Shown piece after piece: positions 1 through 9,468 of a stretch of 64,000 bases of DNA. Where the stretch lies: NCBI GenBank assembly GCA_963728745.1, contig CAVSKY010000006.1:673030-737029 (forward strand). Direction: 5' to 3'. Each line of letters starts with the position of its first letter. Within the stretch, counting starts at the first letter, position 1. The position numbers were made by a program, and so were the translations under genes. The notes below the pieces were generated by a model that was given only the letters and a program-made list of their open reading frames with translations, made no database searches and had not been told where the DNA came from. The stretch is from an uncultured Chloroflexia bacterium (GTDB taxonomy: Bacteria; Chloroflexota; Limnocylindria; Limnocylindrales; CSP1-4).

Positions 1-90
1 GAGGCGCTTCGGCGGCTCGGTGACGCCGCCGGTACGCAGCTCGAGGAGCGCCTCGTAGCGGCGTTCATCGATGGCATCGAGACCGCACAC
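1..90 (-). CDS. hypothetical protein, 5' end only (gene runs off left edge)
   Basis: GTG at 90-88 opens a frame that stays open to position 1 (VCGLDAIDERRYEALLELRTGGVTEPPKRL). Third positions are G/C-rich. Too short to identify. Confidence 0.25.
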   Translation of the reverse strand, partial: MCGLDAIDERRYEALLELRTGGVTEPPKRL

Positions 91-155
91 GACGCGCCGT
101 TGCCGGGCGTGGAGACCGGGACGCCTATCTGGGTTCCCAGCGTCCAAGTCGCCTG

Positions 156-3143
156 ATGGCTCGCCGTCGCGCACGGCGCCAGGAGGCGGCCCGGCAGACG
201 GGGCTACTTGTCATCGGGGCGATCCTCGCACTCGGCCTGCCGGCCGTCGTGGCCGCCGCCCAGTCGTGGACGATCAGCACCGCACCGGCGCAGGTCGAGA
301 CGGGGGTCGCCACCGATGTCACGGTCACCGTTACGAACACGTCCGGCAACGACGGCGGCGGCGAAAGCATCGGTTGCGTCCGGATCTCGATCCCGTCCGA
401 GTTCGCTGTCGGTAGTGCCTCGGTGACCTCCGTTACGAACGGGCTGTCATGGTCCGTGTCGACGTCGTCGAGCGGCTCCACGCTCGTCGAGGCCAAGGCT
501 GGAGGCGACGGCGACCGCCTCCGTGGCGACCCCGACTTCGATGTCCTCGTGCTGACCGTGACCGTGACCGGAACGTCGCCCGGGAGTCACGTCTGGACGG
601 CTGACGAATACGAGAAGCCCGACTGCTCGCAGAATCACGACCAGCCGGTCTCGCTGCCGATGGACATCGGTACCGGCGCCAACGATCCCCCGATCGCCGC
701 CGACGATGCGTCCAGCGGGCTCCACGACCGAGTCCTGACCGTTGGGGCGCCCGGCATCCTCGGCAACGATAGCGACGCGGATTTCGACACGCTGACCGCG
801 GTGGTGGACAGCACAACGTCGAACGGAACGCTCGTTCTCGCTCCCGACGGTTCGTTCGACTACACGCCCGACCCGGGCTTCGTCGGCAGCGACAGCTTCA
901 CCTACTTCGCCGACGACGGAACCGCACCGTCCGCCATCGCGACCGTGACGATCGACGTGACGGATGCCGCTCCGGTCGCGAACGACGACGCCTACACCGT
1001 CGACAAGAACGCCTCGCTGTCGGTGGGCGCCGGTTCGGGCGTCATGGCCAACGACAGCGACCCGGACCCAGGTGAGTCGCTCGCGGCATCCGTCGTGAGC
1101 GGCCCCACCGACGGCACGCTGTCGCTCAACGGCGATGGATCATTCGATTATTCGCCGGATACCGGTTTCAGCGGGCCCGATACGTTCACGTACCGCGTGT
1201 CCGACGGCGCCCTCACGAGCACGGCCACGGTGACCATCGACGTGGTCAACCATGCGCCGAGCGCGGCGGACGACCTGTATGCCGGACCGAAGAATCTGCC
1301 GCTAAGCGTGAACGCGGCATCAGGCGTGCTCTCGAACGATCTCGATCCTGACGGCGATCCGCTCACGGCGACCGTCACGAGCGGTCCGTCGTCGGGGATC
1401 CTGTTGCTGGCCGGGGACGGTGGCTTCACGTACACGCCGCTCGTGGGCTTCGACGGCACCGACCAGTTCACGTACGAGGCGACCGACGGATCGGTGGCGG
1501 TGACCGCGACCGTCACGATCGGCATCGCGAACACCGCTCCGGTAGCGACGGATGACACCGCAAGCGCGATCCACGACCGCGACCTGGTCCTCGCGGCACC
1601 GGGCGTGCTGGCCAACGACAGCGACGGCAACGGTGATGCTCTCACGGTCACGCTGGTGACCGGCCCGGCATCGGGCACGGTGACGCTCGATCCCGATGGC
1701 GGCTACACCTATTCGCCTGCCACCGGTTTCACGGGCACCGACACCTTCACGTATCGCGCCGACGACGGAGCCGCGACGTCGGGTCTGGCCACCGTCACGA
1801 TCGACGTCACGAACGCCTCGCCCACCGCCGTCGACGACGGCTACGCCGGCCCGAAGGGACAGCCGCTCGTCGTCGATGCCGCGTCCGGCGTCCTCGGCAA
1901 CGACGCTGACCCCGACAACGACACGCTCCTCGCCGCCGTAACGACTCCACCGGTGAACGGCACGCTCGCCCTATCCGCCGACGGATCTTTCACCTACACG
2001 CCAGCGCCAGGGTTCATCGGCACCGACACCTTCGACTACACGGCGTCCGACGGCATCGCGACGGCGACGGCCACCGTCTCGATCACGATCTCGAACGCCG
2101 CCCCCGTCAGCGCCGACGACAGCTACAGCGTGTTCCGGAACCAGGCGCTGACCGTCGCACCGACCGGCGTTCTGGCCGACGATACCGACTCGGACGGCGA
2201 CCCCCTTACCGCCATCCTCCTGGTCTCCCCGGCACACGGCACCTTGGCCCTGGGCGCCGGTGGCGGTTTCACGTTCACGCCGGATGCGGGCTATGTCGGA
2301 CCGGACGCTTTCGCCTATCGGGCGTCGGATGGGGCGGACACTTCGGGACCGGCCACCGTCCAGATCGACGTCAAGGACCGGAAGCCAGCAGCCGCCGACG
2401 ACACGGCGACCGTCGTCGCGAACGGGCTCATCGTCAAGCCTGCGCCGGGTCTCCTTGGGAACGACGTCGATCCGGACGGCGACTCGCTCGTCGCCCTGCT
2501 CGGGACGGGCGCCGCGCACGGGACGGCCATCGTCCAGGCCGACGGCGGCTGGTCGTACGCACCAGATCCGGGCTACAGCGGGAGCGACACCTTCACCTAT
2601 GTCGCGTTCGATGGCCTGATGTCATCGTCCCCCGCCACCGTCCACCTCACGATCCACGCACCCGCACCCACGTCGACGGCGACGCCGGAGCCGACGGCCC
2701 AACCGACCCCGACGCCTGTGGTCGCACCCGTGGCGAGCGCCCCACCGGTGAGCCCATCGCCGAGCGTGGCACCGGCGTCGGCATCCCCGTCGCCAGCGGC
2801 GTCACCCATCCCGAGCGACCCGCCCTCGCCGACCACGTCTCCGATCCCCGTGGCATCGCCGCCGGATGGCTCGTTCGGCGAGGCGGCGTTCTCGATCCCC
2901 GACCCGGTCGGCGGGGCGGGCGGGTCGGACGACATAAGCCTGGCTGCCGCCGCGCTCGGTGGGTTCGGCTCGATCCTGTGGGCCGTGCCGAGCCTGATCC
3001 TGTCAGTACCGGGTCTTCTCCTGGTGCTGGCCATCCTCGCCCAGGCCGCCGGCGGCCTGGCTTGGCTGCCGATCGTCCGCCGCAAGCTCGGCGCGTTCGG
3101 TCTGCGTGCCGCTCGTCAGGCGAATGTGCCGACGCGCTCGTAG
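156..3143 (+). CDS. large secreted, membrane-anchored adhesin-like protein of the tandem-95-repeat (cadherin/Ig-like) type
   Basis: 995-aa ORF. N-terminal basic plus hydrophobic signal (MARRRARRQ...LGLPAVVAAAQS). Seven ~94-aa repeats (DD...GVL-x-ND-x-D-x-DGD-x-L...DG-x-F-x-Y-x-P...D-x-F-x-Y...ATVTIDV). Pro/Ser-rich spacer. C-terminal hydrophobic helices followed by RRK. Confidence 0.9.
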   Translation: MARRRARRQEAARQTGLLVIGAILALGLPAVVAAAQSWTISTAPAQVETGVATDVTVTVTNTSGNDGGGESIGCVRISIPSEFAVGSASVTSVTNGLSWSVSTSSSGSTLVEAKAGGDGDRLRGDPDFDVLVLTVTVTGTSPGSHVWTADEYEKPDCSQNHDQPVSLPMDIGTGANDPPIAADDASSGLHDRVLTVGAPGILGNDSDADFDTLTAVVDSTTSNGTLVLAPDGSFDYTPDPGFVGSDSFTYFADDGTAPSAIATVTIDVTDAAPVANDDAYTVDKNASLSVGAGSGVMANDSDPDPGESLAASVVSGPTDGTLSLNGDGSFDYSPDTGFSGPDTFTYRVSDGALTSTATVTIDVVNHAPSAADDLYAGPKNLPLSVNAASGVLSNDLDPDGDPLTATVTSGPSSGILLLAGDGGFTYTPLVGFDGTDQFTYEATDGSVAVTATVTIGIANTAPVATDDTASAIHDRDLVLAAPGVLANDSDGNGDALTVTLVTGPASGTVTLDPDGGYTYSPATGFTGTDTFTYRADDGAATSGLATVTIDVTNASPTAVDDGYAGPKGQPLVVDAASGVLGNDADPDNDTLLAAVTTPPVNGTLALSADGSFTYTPAPGFIGTDTFDYTASDGIATATATVSITISNAAPVSADDSYSVFRNQALTVAPTGVLADDTDSDGDPLTAILLVSPAHGTLALGAGGGFTFTPDAGYVGPDAFAYRASDGADTSGPATVQIDVKDRKPAAADDTATVVANGLIVKPAPGLLGNDVDPDGDSLVALLGTGAAHGTAIVQADGGWSYAPDPGYSGSDTFTYVAFDGLMSSSPATVHLTIHAPAPTSTATPEPTAQPTPTPVVAPVASAPPVSPSPSVAPASASPSPAASPIPSDPPSPTTSPIPVASPPDGSFGEAAFSIPDPVGGAGGSDDISLAAAALGGFGSILWAVPSLILSVPGLLLVLAILAQAAGGLAWLPIVRRKLGAFGLRAARQANVPTRS
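687..2657 (+). repeat. seven in-frame tandem ~285-bp (~94-aa) coding repeats inside the adhesin gene
   Basis: Repeat units start at PIAADD, PVANDD, PSAADD, PVATDD, PTAVDD, PVSADD and PAAADD. Each ends in a TV-x-I-x-[VI] strand. Confidence 0.9.
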
Positions 3144-3769
3144 AGCACGACCCGCCACACGAACGTCGTTCGCTCGTCCCGCGGGCGGAGGCCGGCCTCC
3201 GCCGCGAGCGCATCCACACCCGCGTTGGGGTGGGCATAGCTGCGGTACCGCCAGCCCCGCAGCCTGAACCAGACGTTCAGGAGCCGGGCACCCCAGCGCA
3301 TCAAGGCACGATCACGCGGCAGGACGAGGCCGTACAACCGCGTGGCGTGGGCTGCCGACAGCCAGACGAGCAATTCCATGTCCGGGTAGCAGCAGATGAC
3401 CCGATCGAGGGTCACGATGTCGGCCGCCTCGACGGCCTCGGCACGGGACACGAAGTCGCCCTCCACGAATTCGATGCGCTCGAGCGAGGCGCGTCGGCCG
3501 GCTTCATCGCGAGCGGCGTCGAGGGACGGCGCCGACGCATCGACCAGGACGGCGCGGCGCGCGCCGTCCTGCAGCAGCTCGTGGTCGATGACGCCGATCC
3601 CACCGCCGATGTCGAGCACGGTCGCCCCGACGACGCCCCGCTCGCGGATCATGTCCACCAGCATCCGTGTCGTGGCGTCTGGCCCATGCTCGCGGTACCG
3701 GGCAAGGTCCTCCGCCGCGGACTTGTCGTCGAAGATCTCGAAGCCTCTGGCGCAGCCGCAGTCATTCAT
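3116..3769 (-). CDS. class I SAM-dependent methyltransferase
   Basis: SAM motif I VLDIGGGIGVIDHE. The ATG at 3769 overlaps the ligase stop (ATGA). The longest ORF (to 3949) would run into the ligase gene, so the shorter start is preferred. The 3' end overlaps the convergent adhesin gene by 28 nt. Confidence 0.8.
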   Translation of the reverse strand: MNDCGCARGFEIFDDKSAAEDLARYREHGPDATTRMLVDMIRERGVVGATVLDIGGGIGVIDHELLQDGARRAVLVDASAPSLDAARDEAGRRASLERIEFVEGDFVSRAEAVEAADIVTLDRVICCYPDMELLVWLSAAHATRLYGLVLPRDRALMRWGARLLNVWFRLRGWRYRSYAHPNAGVDALAAEAGLRPRDERTTFVWRVVLYERVGTFA

Positions 3770-4863
3770 CAGTCGCCGAAGATAGCCTCCAGCTCGAACG
3801 GCGCAGTCGTCTCGAGCTGGTCGTATCGGCACGACGCCGGCGGCTTGTCCGGGCGCCAGCGCTTGAACGTGGTCGCGTGCCGGAAGCGGCTCCCCTGGAG
3901 GTGGTCGTAGGCGACCTCGACCACACGTTCGACCCGCAGCGGCTCCCACGACAGATCCTTGCCGCGGTTCCAGCGAGACGTCGCGCCGGGAAGGCGCTGC
4001 CCTGAGGCCTCGGCATCACCCCAGCCGGCCCACTCGGCCCATTCCTGCCACGGGTGACCCTCGACCGCCTTCTCCCGGAGCGGTGCGAGCTCCTCGGCAA
4101 GGGCTGCGCGGCGGTCCCATGAGAACGACGACGTGATGCCCACGTGGTTCAGCTTGCCGGCATCGTCGAACAGTCCGAGCAACAGTGACCCCACGTGGGT
4201 GCCAGGCCCGTTCTTGTGCCAGCGGAACCCGGCCACCACGCAGTCGGCGGTCCGCTGGTGCTTGATCTTGAGCATCGCGCGCTTGCCTGGCTGGTACGGC
4301 GCATCGAGCCGTTTGGCGATGACGCCGTCGAGCCCGGCCCCCTCGAATCGATCGAACCAGTCGGCGGCGAGGGCCCGGTCCGACGTAGCCGGGGTCAAGT
4401 GGACCGGTGGCTGGACGCCGGCGAGCGCCCCCTCCAGCCGAGTTCGCCGCTCGCTCTGCGGGACGTCGCGCAGGTCCTCGTCGCCGATCGCGAGCAGGTC
4501 CCACGCGACGAAGCTAGCCGGCGACTCCGCAGCGAGCATGTTGACCCGTGATGCCGCCGGGTGGATGCGGAGCAGCAACGCTTCGAAATCGAGGACGCCG
4601 TCGCGCGCGATGACCACCTCGCCATCGACCACACAGCGCTCCGGCAGGACAGCCCGGAGCGGCTCGGCCAGCTCGGGAAAGTAGCGATCGAGCGGCTTGA
4701 GGTCGCGCGATTGCGTGTAGATCTCGTCGCCGTCGCGGAAGACGATCGCGCGGAATCCGTCCCATTTCGGCTCGAACAGCCAGCCGTCATCGTTCGGCAG
4801 GCCCTCGACGGCCTTGGCGAGCATCGGCGCGATGGGCGGGCTCACGGGCAGGTCGGAGGTCAT
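3769..4863 (-). CDS. ligC: ATP-dependent DNA ligase, single-module LigC type
   Basis: 364 aa from the ATG at 4863. Adenylation motif I EPKWDGFR (KxDG). N-terminus PPIAPMLAK and downstream blocks (RYFPEL, DGEVV, DFEALLLRIHPA, ASFVAWDLL) closely resemble mycobacterial LigC as I recall it. The upstream part of the 499-aa ORF is low-complexity and was rejected. Confidence 0.9.
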   Translation of the reverse strand: MTSDLPVSPPIAPMLAKAVEGLPNDDGWLFEPKWDGFRAIVFRDGDEIYTQSRDLKPLDRYFPELAEPLRAVLPERCVVDGEVVIARDGVLDFEALLLRIHPAASRVNMLAAESPASFVAWDLLAIGDEDLRDVPQSERRTRLEGALAGVQPPVHLTPATSDRALAADWFDRFEGAGLDGVIAKRLDAPYQPGKRAMLKIKHQRTADCVVAGFRWHKNGPGTHVGSLLLGLFDDAGKLNHVGITSSFSWDRRAALAEELAPLREKAVEGHPWQEWAEWAGWGDAEASGQRLPGATSRWNRGKDLSWEPLRVERVVEVAYDHLQGSRFRHATTFKRWRPDKPPASCRYDQLETTAPFELEAIFGD

Positions 4864-4960
4864 GCGCGGAGTGTAGGCCCCGGAACCGCCGACCCCGATC
4901 CTGCGTCCGCACGATGCCGTCCGCGACCCCTCTCGGCCGCCGGCGATAGGAGGTCTCGCG

Positions 4961-5902
4961 ATGCATGCGAACCGAGTTTCGATCAAGCAGCTCACGCTGC
5001 TGCTCGTCGCCATGGCGGTCATCGTCGGCTGCGGCGGCGCCAGCCAGCAGCTGTCTACGGTGGGCAACGCCATCCCTGCCGGCGGCGATGAAGGTGGCGG
5101 CCTCCCGGCGGCGAGCGCCGCGCCAGCCGCGCCGAATGAACCAGGCACGCCCGACCAGGTCGGCAATCTCGTCGATGACGCCAGGATCGTGCGGACAGGC
5201 TCCATGGAGCTGGAGGTCACGGACGTGGCGGCCGCGCTGCTCACCGCCCGTGACGGGATCCGAGGCATGGGCGGTTACATCGGCGCCTCGGAGACCCAGA
5301 CCGTCGACGACCAGCAGGTGGCGAGGAACACGTACCGCATCCCCGTCGACCGTTGGGAGGACGCCCTCGACCTGATGCGCGGCATCGCCGGTGAAGCGAA
5401 GCGGGTGCTGAACGAGCGCACGCAGGCCGTCGAGGTGACGGGTGCCATCGTCGATCTCGAGGCGCGGATCAGGAACCTGCGCGCGAGCGAGGTCGCCCTC
5501 CAGGAGATCTCCTCGAGGGCAGCACGCGTGACCGACGTGCTCGAGGTGCAGGCACAGCTGACGGCGGTCCGCGGGCAGATCGAGCAGCTCACGGCGCAAC
5601 TGACCCAACTCGATGACCAGGCGTCGTACGCGACGCTGGATGTGACATTCAGCATGCCGATCGTCGCGGTCGAGGTCGCGGCCAAGGGCTGGGAGCCGGG
5701 GGTCGTCGTCGATGAGGCCAGCGCGAGTCTCGTGAACATCCTGCAGGCGCTCACGACTGCGGGCATCTGGTTCGCGATCGTCTGGCTTCCCCTGCTCGTC
5801 GTGTTCGCAGTCCTGGCCATCGTCGTGATCGCGATCCTGCGTCGCTTCGGCTACACGGGACCCGGCCGCCGGCGCCCGAGCGACGTCGCGACGACCGGAT
5901 AG
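4961..5902 (+). CDS. DUF4349-like lipoprotein / membrane protein
   Basis: Lipobox AVIVGC after a hydrophobic signal. Central coiled-coil-like segment (LEARIRNLRASEVALQEI...QLTAVRGQIEQLTAQLTQLDDQASYATLDVTF). Two C-terminal TM helices. Confidence 0.8.
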   Translation: MHANRVSIKQLTLLLVAMAVIVGCGGASQQLSTVGNAIPAGGDEGGGLPAASAAPAAPNEPGTPDQVGNLVDDARIVRTGSMELEVTDVAAALLTARDGIRGMGGYIGASETQTVDDQQVARNTYRIPVDRWEDALDLMRGIAGEAKRVLNERTQAVEVTGAIVDLEARIRNLRASEVALQEISSRAARVTDVLEVQAQLTAVRGQIEQLTAQLTQLDDQASYATLDVTFSMPIVAVEVAAKGWEPGVVVDEASASLVNILQALTTAGIWFAIVWLPLLVVFAVLAIVVIAILRRFGYTGPGRRRPSDVATTG

Positions 5903-5933
5903 GCCCAGGGGTCGGCATGGCACGATTGAGGCC

Positions 5934-6755
5934 ATGACCGATGCGTCCGAGCGTTACGACCGCATGGCCGCGGGCTACGAGCGCTGGTGGGCGCCGGTGC
6001 TCGCCCCGAGCGTGGTCGCGGTGCTGGACCGGCTCGAACCGGCGGTGGAGGCTGGGGCGCGAGAGCTGCTCGACGTCGGGGTCGGCACCGGCAACCTGAG
6101 CCGCCCGGCGCTGGCGCGCTGGTCGGACGTGCAGGTGACCGGGATCGACGCATCCCGCGAGATGGTGGCGACGACCGAGGCGCTACTCGCCGACGCCGGC
6201 GACGATCGGCGCGCCCGGTTCACCGGCCAGGTCGCCTTCGCGGCAGAGCTGCCGTTCGAGGATGGGACCTTCGATGCGGCGATGTCGTCGTTCGTGCTGC
6301 AGCTCGTCCCGAGCCGGGCCAAGGCGTTGCGCGAGATCCGCCGTGTCCTTCGACCGGGCGGCTGGCTCGCATACGTGACGTGGCTCGTCGACAGGCGGCC
6401 GTTCGCGCCGGATCGGATCTTCGATGCGGTGCTCGACGAATTCGGCTTCGACGACGAGGAGGACCGTCCGAGGACGGGTGACGTGCCGTCGGTCGATCGA
6501 GCCGCGGCCGAGATGCGGCGGGCCGGCTTCCGCGACGTCGAGGCGTCAGGCGCCATGCTCGATCATGCGTTCACGGTCGACGGCTACATCTCGTTCCTGA
6601 CGGAGTACGACGAGGAGACCCTGTTCGAGGACATGGGCCGTGCCGAGCGTCGCCGATTCCTCATCCGCTTCCGCGAGCGCTTGATGGAGCTCGACCCCGA
6701 TGAGCTTCATTTCCGGGCCGCCATCGTGTATGCGGCAGGGGTCAGGTCGGGCTAG
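5934..6755 (+). CDS. class I SAM-dependent methyltransferase
   Basis: Motif I LLDVGVGTGNLS. Later motif LRPGGWLAYVTW. 273 aa. Confidence 0.85.
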   Translation: MTDASERYDRMAAGYERWWAPVLAPSVVAVLDRLEPAVEAGARELLDVGVGTGNLSRPALARWSDVQVTGIDASREMVATTEALLADAGDDRRARFTGQVAFAAELPFEDGTFDAAMSSFVLQLVPSRAKALREIRRVLRPGGWLAYVTWLVDRRPFAPDRIFDAVLDEFGFDDEEDRPRTGDVPSVDRAAAEMRRAGFRDVEASGAMLDHAFTVDGYISFLTEYDEETLFEDMGRAERRRFLIRFRERLMELDPDELHFRAAIVYAAGVRSG

Positions 6756-6759
6756 GTCG

Positions 6760-9075
6760 TCAGCTTCCGGCTCGCACCGGAACGGCGCCGGTCGGACGGT
6801 CCGCCCGCCGGATCAACTCCTCCACCGCAGTGCCATCGACTGCGACCAGCTCGGCGACCCTGGGGCGATCCACCTGTCCGACGATGATCTGTCCGATCTC
6901 GGTTTGGACGTCGGCGAAGATGCCGAGCTCGCGCATCCCCGCGGTCTGCGCGGCGTTGTCGTCCGTGGGCGTCAGATAGTGGATCGAGGCTGCTCGGTAG
7001 CGATGAACGAGGAACAGCTGGACAAGGGTCATCAGGCGTCGGCGACGCACGGCGGGGTCCGTGTTCTGGTCGCGCACCGACAGGATCGTCCGGCCACGGC
7101 GATCGACGATGCTTGTGAACACGACGTTCGCGAGGCTCGTCCCATCCTCATCCACGACGCGGATCTCCAGGAGGTCGGAGCCCGCGATGTGCGGTCGAAG
7201 CTCCACCCGGAGAGTGGTGGGATGGCCCCAGTGCTCGCCCCACGTCGCGAGCCACGACTCCAGCACGGCGGTGGGCACCTCGGTCTGGACGAGGTGCTGC
7301 TGCTGGGTGGAACCCTTGCCCATCGCCTTGGTTGCGGCAGTCCGTCCGGATGCGGCCATCAACGCTGCGTCGAGCCGGTCGCCGCCCACGAGTGACTGTG
7401 GCGTCCGGTACGGGGATTCCAGCAGGCGGAAGCGTCGCTGGAGGCGGGCCAGCGCGAGCATCCCGTCCTCCTTGAGCGCCCGCGCGAACTCCTCGGCTGC
7501 CAGCCCATCGATCTGGTGGCCGCCGTATGTGATGAAGTCGAACACGTAGCCGAGCTCGCCGAGCCGCGCGGGGAAGTCGCGCATGTCCTCATCGCTCATC
7601 CCGGTCGTGTCCCAGTTGAACGACGGGGAAAGGTTGTAGGCGAGCATCTTGTCCGGATACACCGCGTGGATCGCATTTGCGAACCGACGGGCATCCTCGA
7701 GGTCGGCCGTCTTGGTCTCCATCCATAGGATGTCGGCGAACGGGGCGGCGGCGAGCGACTTCACGATGGCGTACTCGATGCCGCCCTGGACCTGGTAGTA
7801 GCCGTCGGGTGTCTTGGGCAGTTCGGGATCCCACGCAGCCCGCAGGCCTAGCCCGTCGGCGGCCGCTCTGATCTCGCTGAACGACGCCGTCCGGGCGACA
7901 GCGCGCCAAGCCTCGACGCTTGTCTCGAAACGCTCGCCCTCCGCGATGCGGGCCGCCAGCGCGTCCGCGACGGCCTCGCCGTATGTCCGCAAGCCTGCCT
8001 GCGCCTGCCATGTGACGGCGTAGTCCTCGTCGAGTGCGTCGAGGGTCATGTGCAGGTCGTCCGCACCGGCCCGTCGGACGTCCGCCGCGGCCCGGCGGAA
8101 GCGGTCGAGCAGACCCGCTGCCTCGAGCCACGCCATCGCGACTTCGTGTTCGCCCTCCGGCACGGCGAAGAGCAGGTGGCCGCGCACCTCCTCGAGTCCC
8201 GCCTCGTGGAGCGTCCGCCTGATTGCGACCAGCCCCGCGCGGTAGCTGGGCACGTCGAGGTTCGTCGCGCCCAGGATGAACGGCTGGTCGCGCTCGTCGC
8301 TGCGACCCTCGAGGAATGTGGCGGCCTCCGCGTCCGTCCGCGCCACGATGATCCCGGGCACGCCCATGATGTCGAGCTGCAGACGGGCGGCGTTGAGGCG
8401 CTTGATCTGCTCCTCGGACGAAACGAGGACCTTGCCGGCCTGGTGACCGCACTTCTTGGCGCCCGGCTTCTGGTCCTCGATGTGGTAGCCCGGTACGCCC
8501 ACCTCGACGAACCGACGGATCAGGTTGCGAACATGAGCGTCACCGCCGTGTCCTGTGTCGGCGTCGGCGATGATGAACGGCCGGAAGTCGACAGCCGGGC
8601 TGGCTGCGCGCTGCTCCTCGGTCAACCGGCTGCGGAGGAACTGCTGGTTGCGGTCCGCCGCGAGCAACGCGCGGACCAGCCCGGCAGCTTCATCGGGCAC
8701 CTGGCTCAGCGGGTAGCTCGCGAGATCCGGACCCGGGTCCTCCGTCGCGGAGCCCTTGGCCGACGTCGCCCAGCCGCCGAGATAGATGCCCTCGATCCCG
8801 AGCCGCTTCATCACGACTGCCTGACCCGGCGAGTACGGTCCGAACGTCGTGATCTGCCGGCGGGCGTCGAACAACTCGCGGAGACGCGCGTGGAAATCTT
8901 CGGCGGCTACGCGCGCGACAGTGTGATCCTGCAGGATCGTGCCCTGCTGCTCGGCGACCTCCCGAGCGGTATGCAATCGGACGATCCCGGCGAAGCGCGG
9001 CGAGTCGAACCAGGCGCGCAGGTGCGCGACGCGGGCCTCGAGGGCGTCGGCTGTGGTGGGCTGAAGTCCCATCAA
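6760..9075 (-). CDS. aceA: isocitrate lyase, long form (ICL2/AceAb-like)
   Basis: 771 aa. Catalytic signature [12 protein letters not shown] (K-[KR]-C-G-H). Block [33 protein letters not shown] matches mycobacterial ICL2. Has the extra C-terminal domain typical of the long form. Confidence 0.95.
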   Translation of the reverse strand: MMGLQPTTADALEARVAHLRAWFDSPRFAGIVRLHTAREVAEQQGTILQDHTVARVAAEDFHARLRELFDARRQITTFGPYSPGQAVVMKRLGIEGIYLGGWATSAKGSATEDPGPDLASYPLSQVPDEAAGLVRALLAADRNQQFLRSRLTEEQRAASPAVDFRPFIIADADTGHGGDAHVRNLIRRFVEVGVPGYHIEDQKPGAKKCGHQAGKVLVSSEEQIKRLNAARLQLDIMGVPGIIVARTDAEAATFLEGRSDERDQPFILGATNLDVPSYRAGLVAIRRTLHEAGLEEVRGHLLFAVPEGEHEVAMAWLEAAGLLDRFRRAAADVRRAGADDLHMTLDALDEDYAVTWQAQAGLRTYGEAVADALAARIAEGERFETSVEAWRAVARTASFSEIRAAADGLGLRAAWDPELPKTPDGYYQVQGGIEYAIVKSLAAAPFADILWMETKTADLEDARRFANAIHAVYPDKMLAYNLSPSFNWDTTGMSDEDMRDFPARLGELGYVFDFITYGGHQIDGLAAEEFARALKEDGMLALARLQRRFRLLESPYRTPQSLVGGDRLDAALMAASGRTAATKAMGKGSTQQQHLVQTEVPTAVLESWLATWGEHWGHPTTLRVELRPHIAGSDLLEIRVVDEDGTSLANVVFTSIVDRRGRTILSVRDQNTDPAVRRRRLMTLVQLFLVHRYRAASIHYLTPTDDNAAQTAGMRELGIFADVQTEIGQIIVGQVDRPRVAELVAVDGTAVEELIRRADRPTGAVPVRAGS

Positions 9076-9108
9076 TGTTCCGTCGAGCCGAAGTGGTTGG
9101 CGCTGAGC

Positions 9109-9411
9109 CTACTCGTTCGCGTGATCCAGCTCGCAGAAGTCGGGGCAGGCGCACTCGATATAGCGCGGCGCGATCGCGCGGCTTCGGGGTGCGGGACCGG
9201 CAACTGCCCTGTCACGGCCCTCGAGGGCGATCAGCTCGAGGCGGTCGTGAGCCCCATCGTCCACACCAAGGATCCAGGTGCGCGAGGGCATCGCCAAATC
9301 TCGAAAGTCGATCGTGATGCGGGTCGGGACGGGAGTGGGGCTCACGGCGGTCTCCTCGGTAGGCGCTGCGGCTGACGAGCGAGACGACAAGGCTAGCTCT
9401 CTACCTCCCAT
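9109..9411 (-). CDS. hypothetical small Cys-containing protein (start uncertain)
   Basis: 100-codon ORF just upstream of aceA on the same strand. Third positions are G/C-rich. C-terminus is RYIECACPDFCELDHANE. No recognisable family, and it could be a spurious high-GC ORF. Confidence 0.3.
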   Translation of the reverse strand: MGGRELALSSRSSAAAPTEETAVSPTPVPTRITIDFRDLAMPSRTWILGVDDGAHDRLELIALEGRDRAVAGPAPRSRAIAPRYIECACPDFCELDHANE

Positions 9412-9440
9412 CAGTCCAATCGAATGACGTGATGTTTTGC

Positions 9441-9455
9441 ATCAATCTCGTTGAT
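9441..9455. promoter_or_regulatory. candidate LysR-type binding site (T-N11-A palindrome)
   Basis: ATCAA-TCTCG-TTGAT is a perfect 5-bp inverted repeat with T-N11-A geometry. It sits in a locally AT-rich patch between the LysR gene and the aceA side. Confidence 0.45.
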
Positions 9456-9468
9456 ATCTGGGCGTACG

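Noticed and set aside
3116-3143. The 28-nt convergent overlap of the adhesin and methyltransferase 3' ends, considered as a sign of a miscalled gene.
   Set aside because: Both ORFs have clear family features up to their stops. Short convergent overlaps occur elsewhere in the window (61487-61494).
8050-9375. Long ORFs antisense to, or out of frame with, recognised genes. Examples: 8050-9375 (+) and 7589-8452 (-) over aceA, 20018-21163 (-) over the kinase, 52438-53970 (-) over hutI, 9429-10571 (+) over LysR, and 35106-36131 (-).
   Set aside because: Their translations are Arg/Pro/Gly/Ala-rich low-complexity strings, typical of non-coding frames in very GC-rich DNA. Each overlaps a gene with clear family motifs in another frame.
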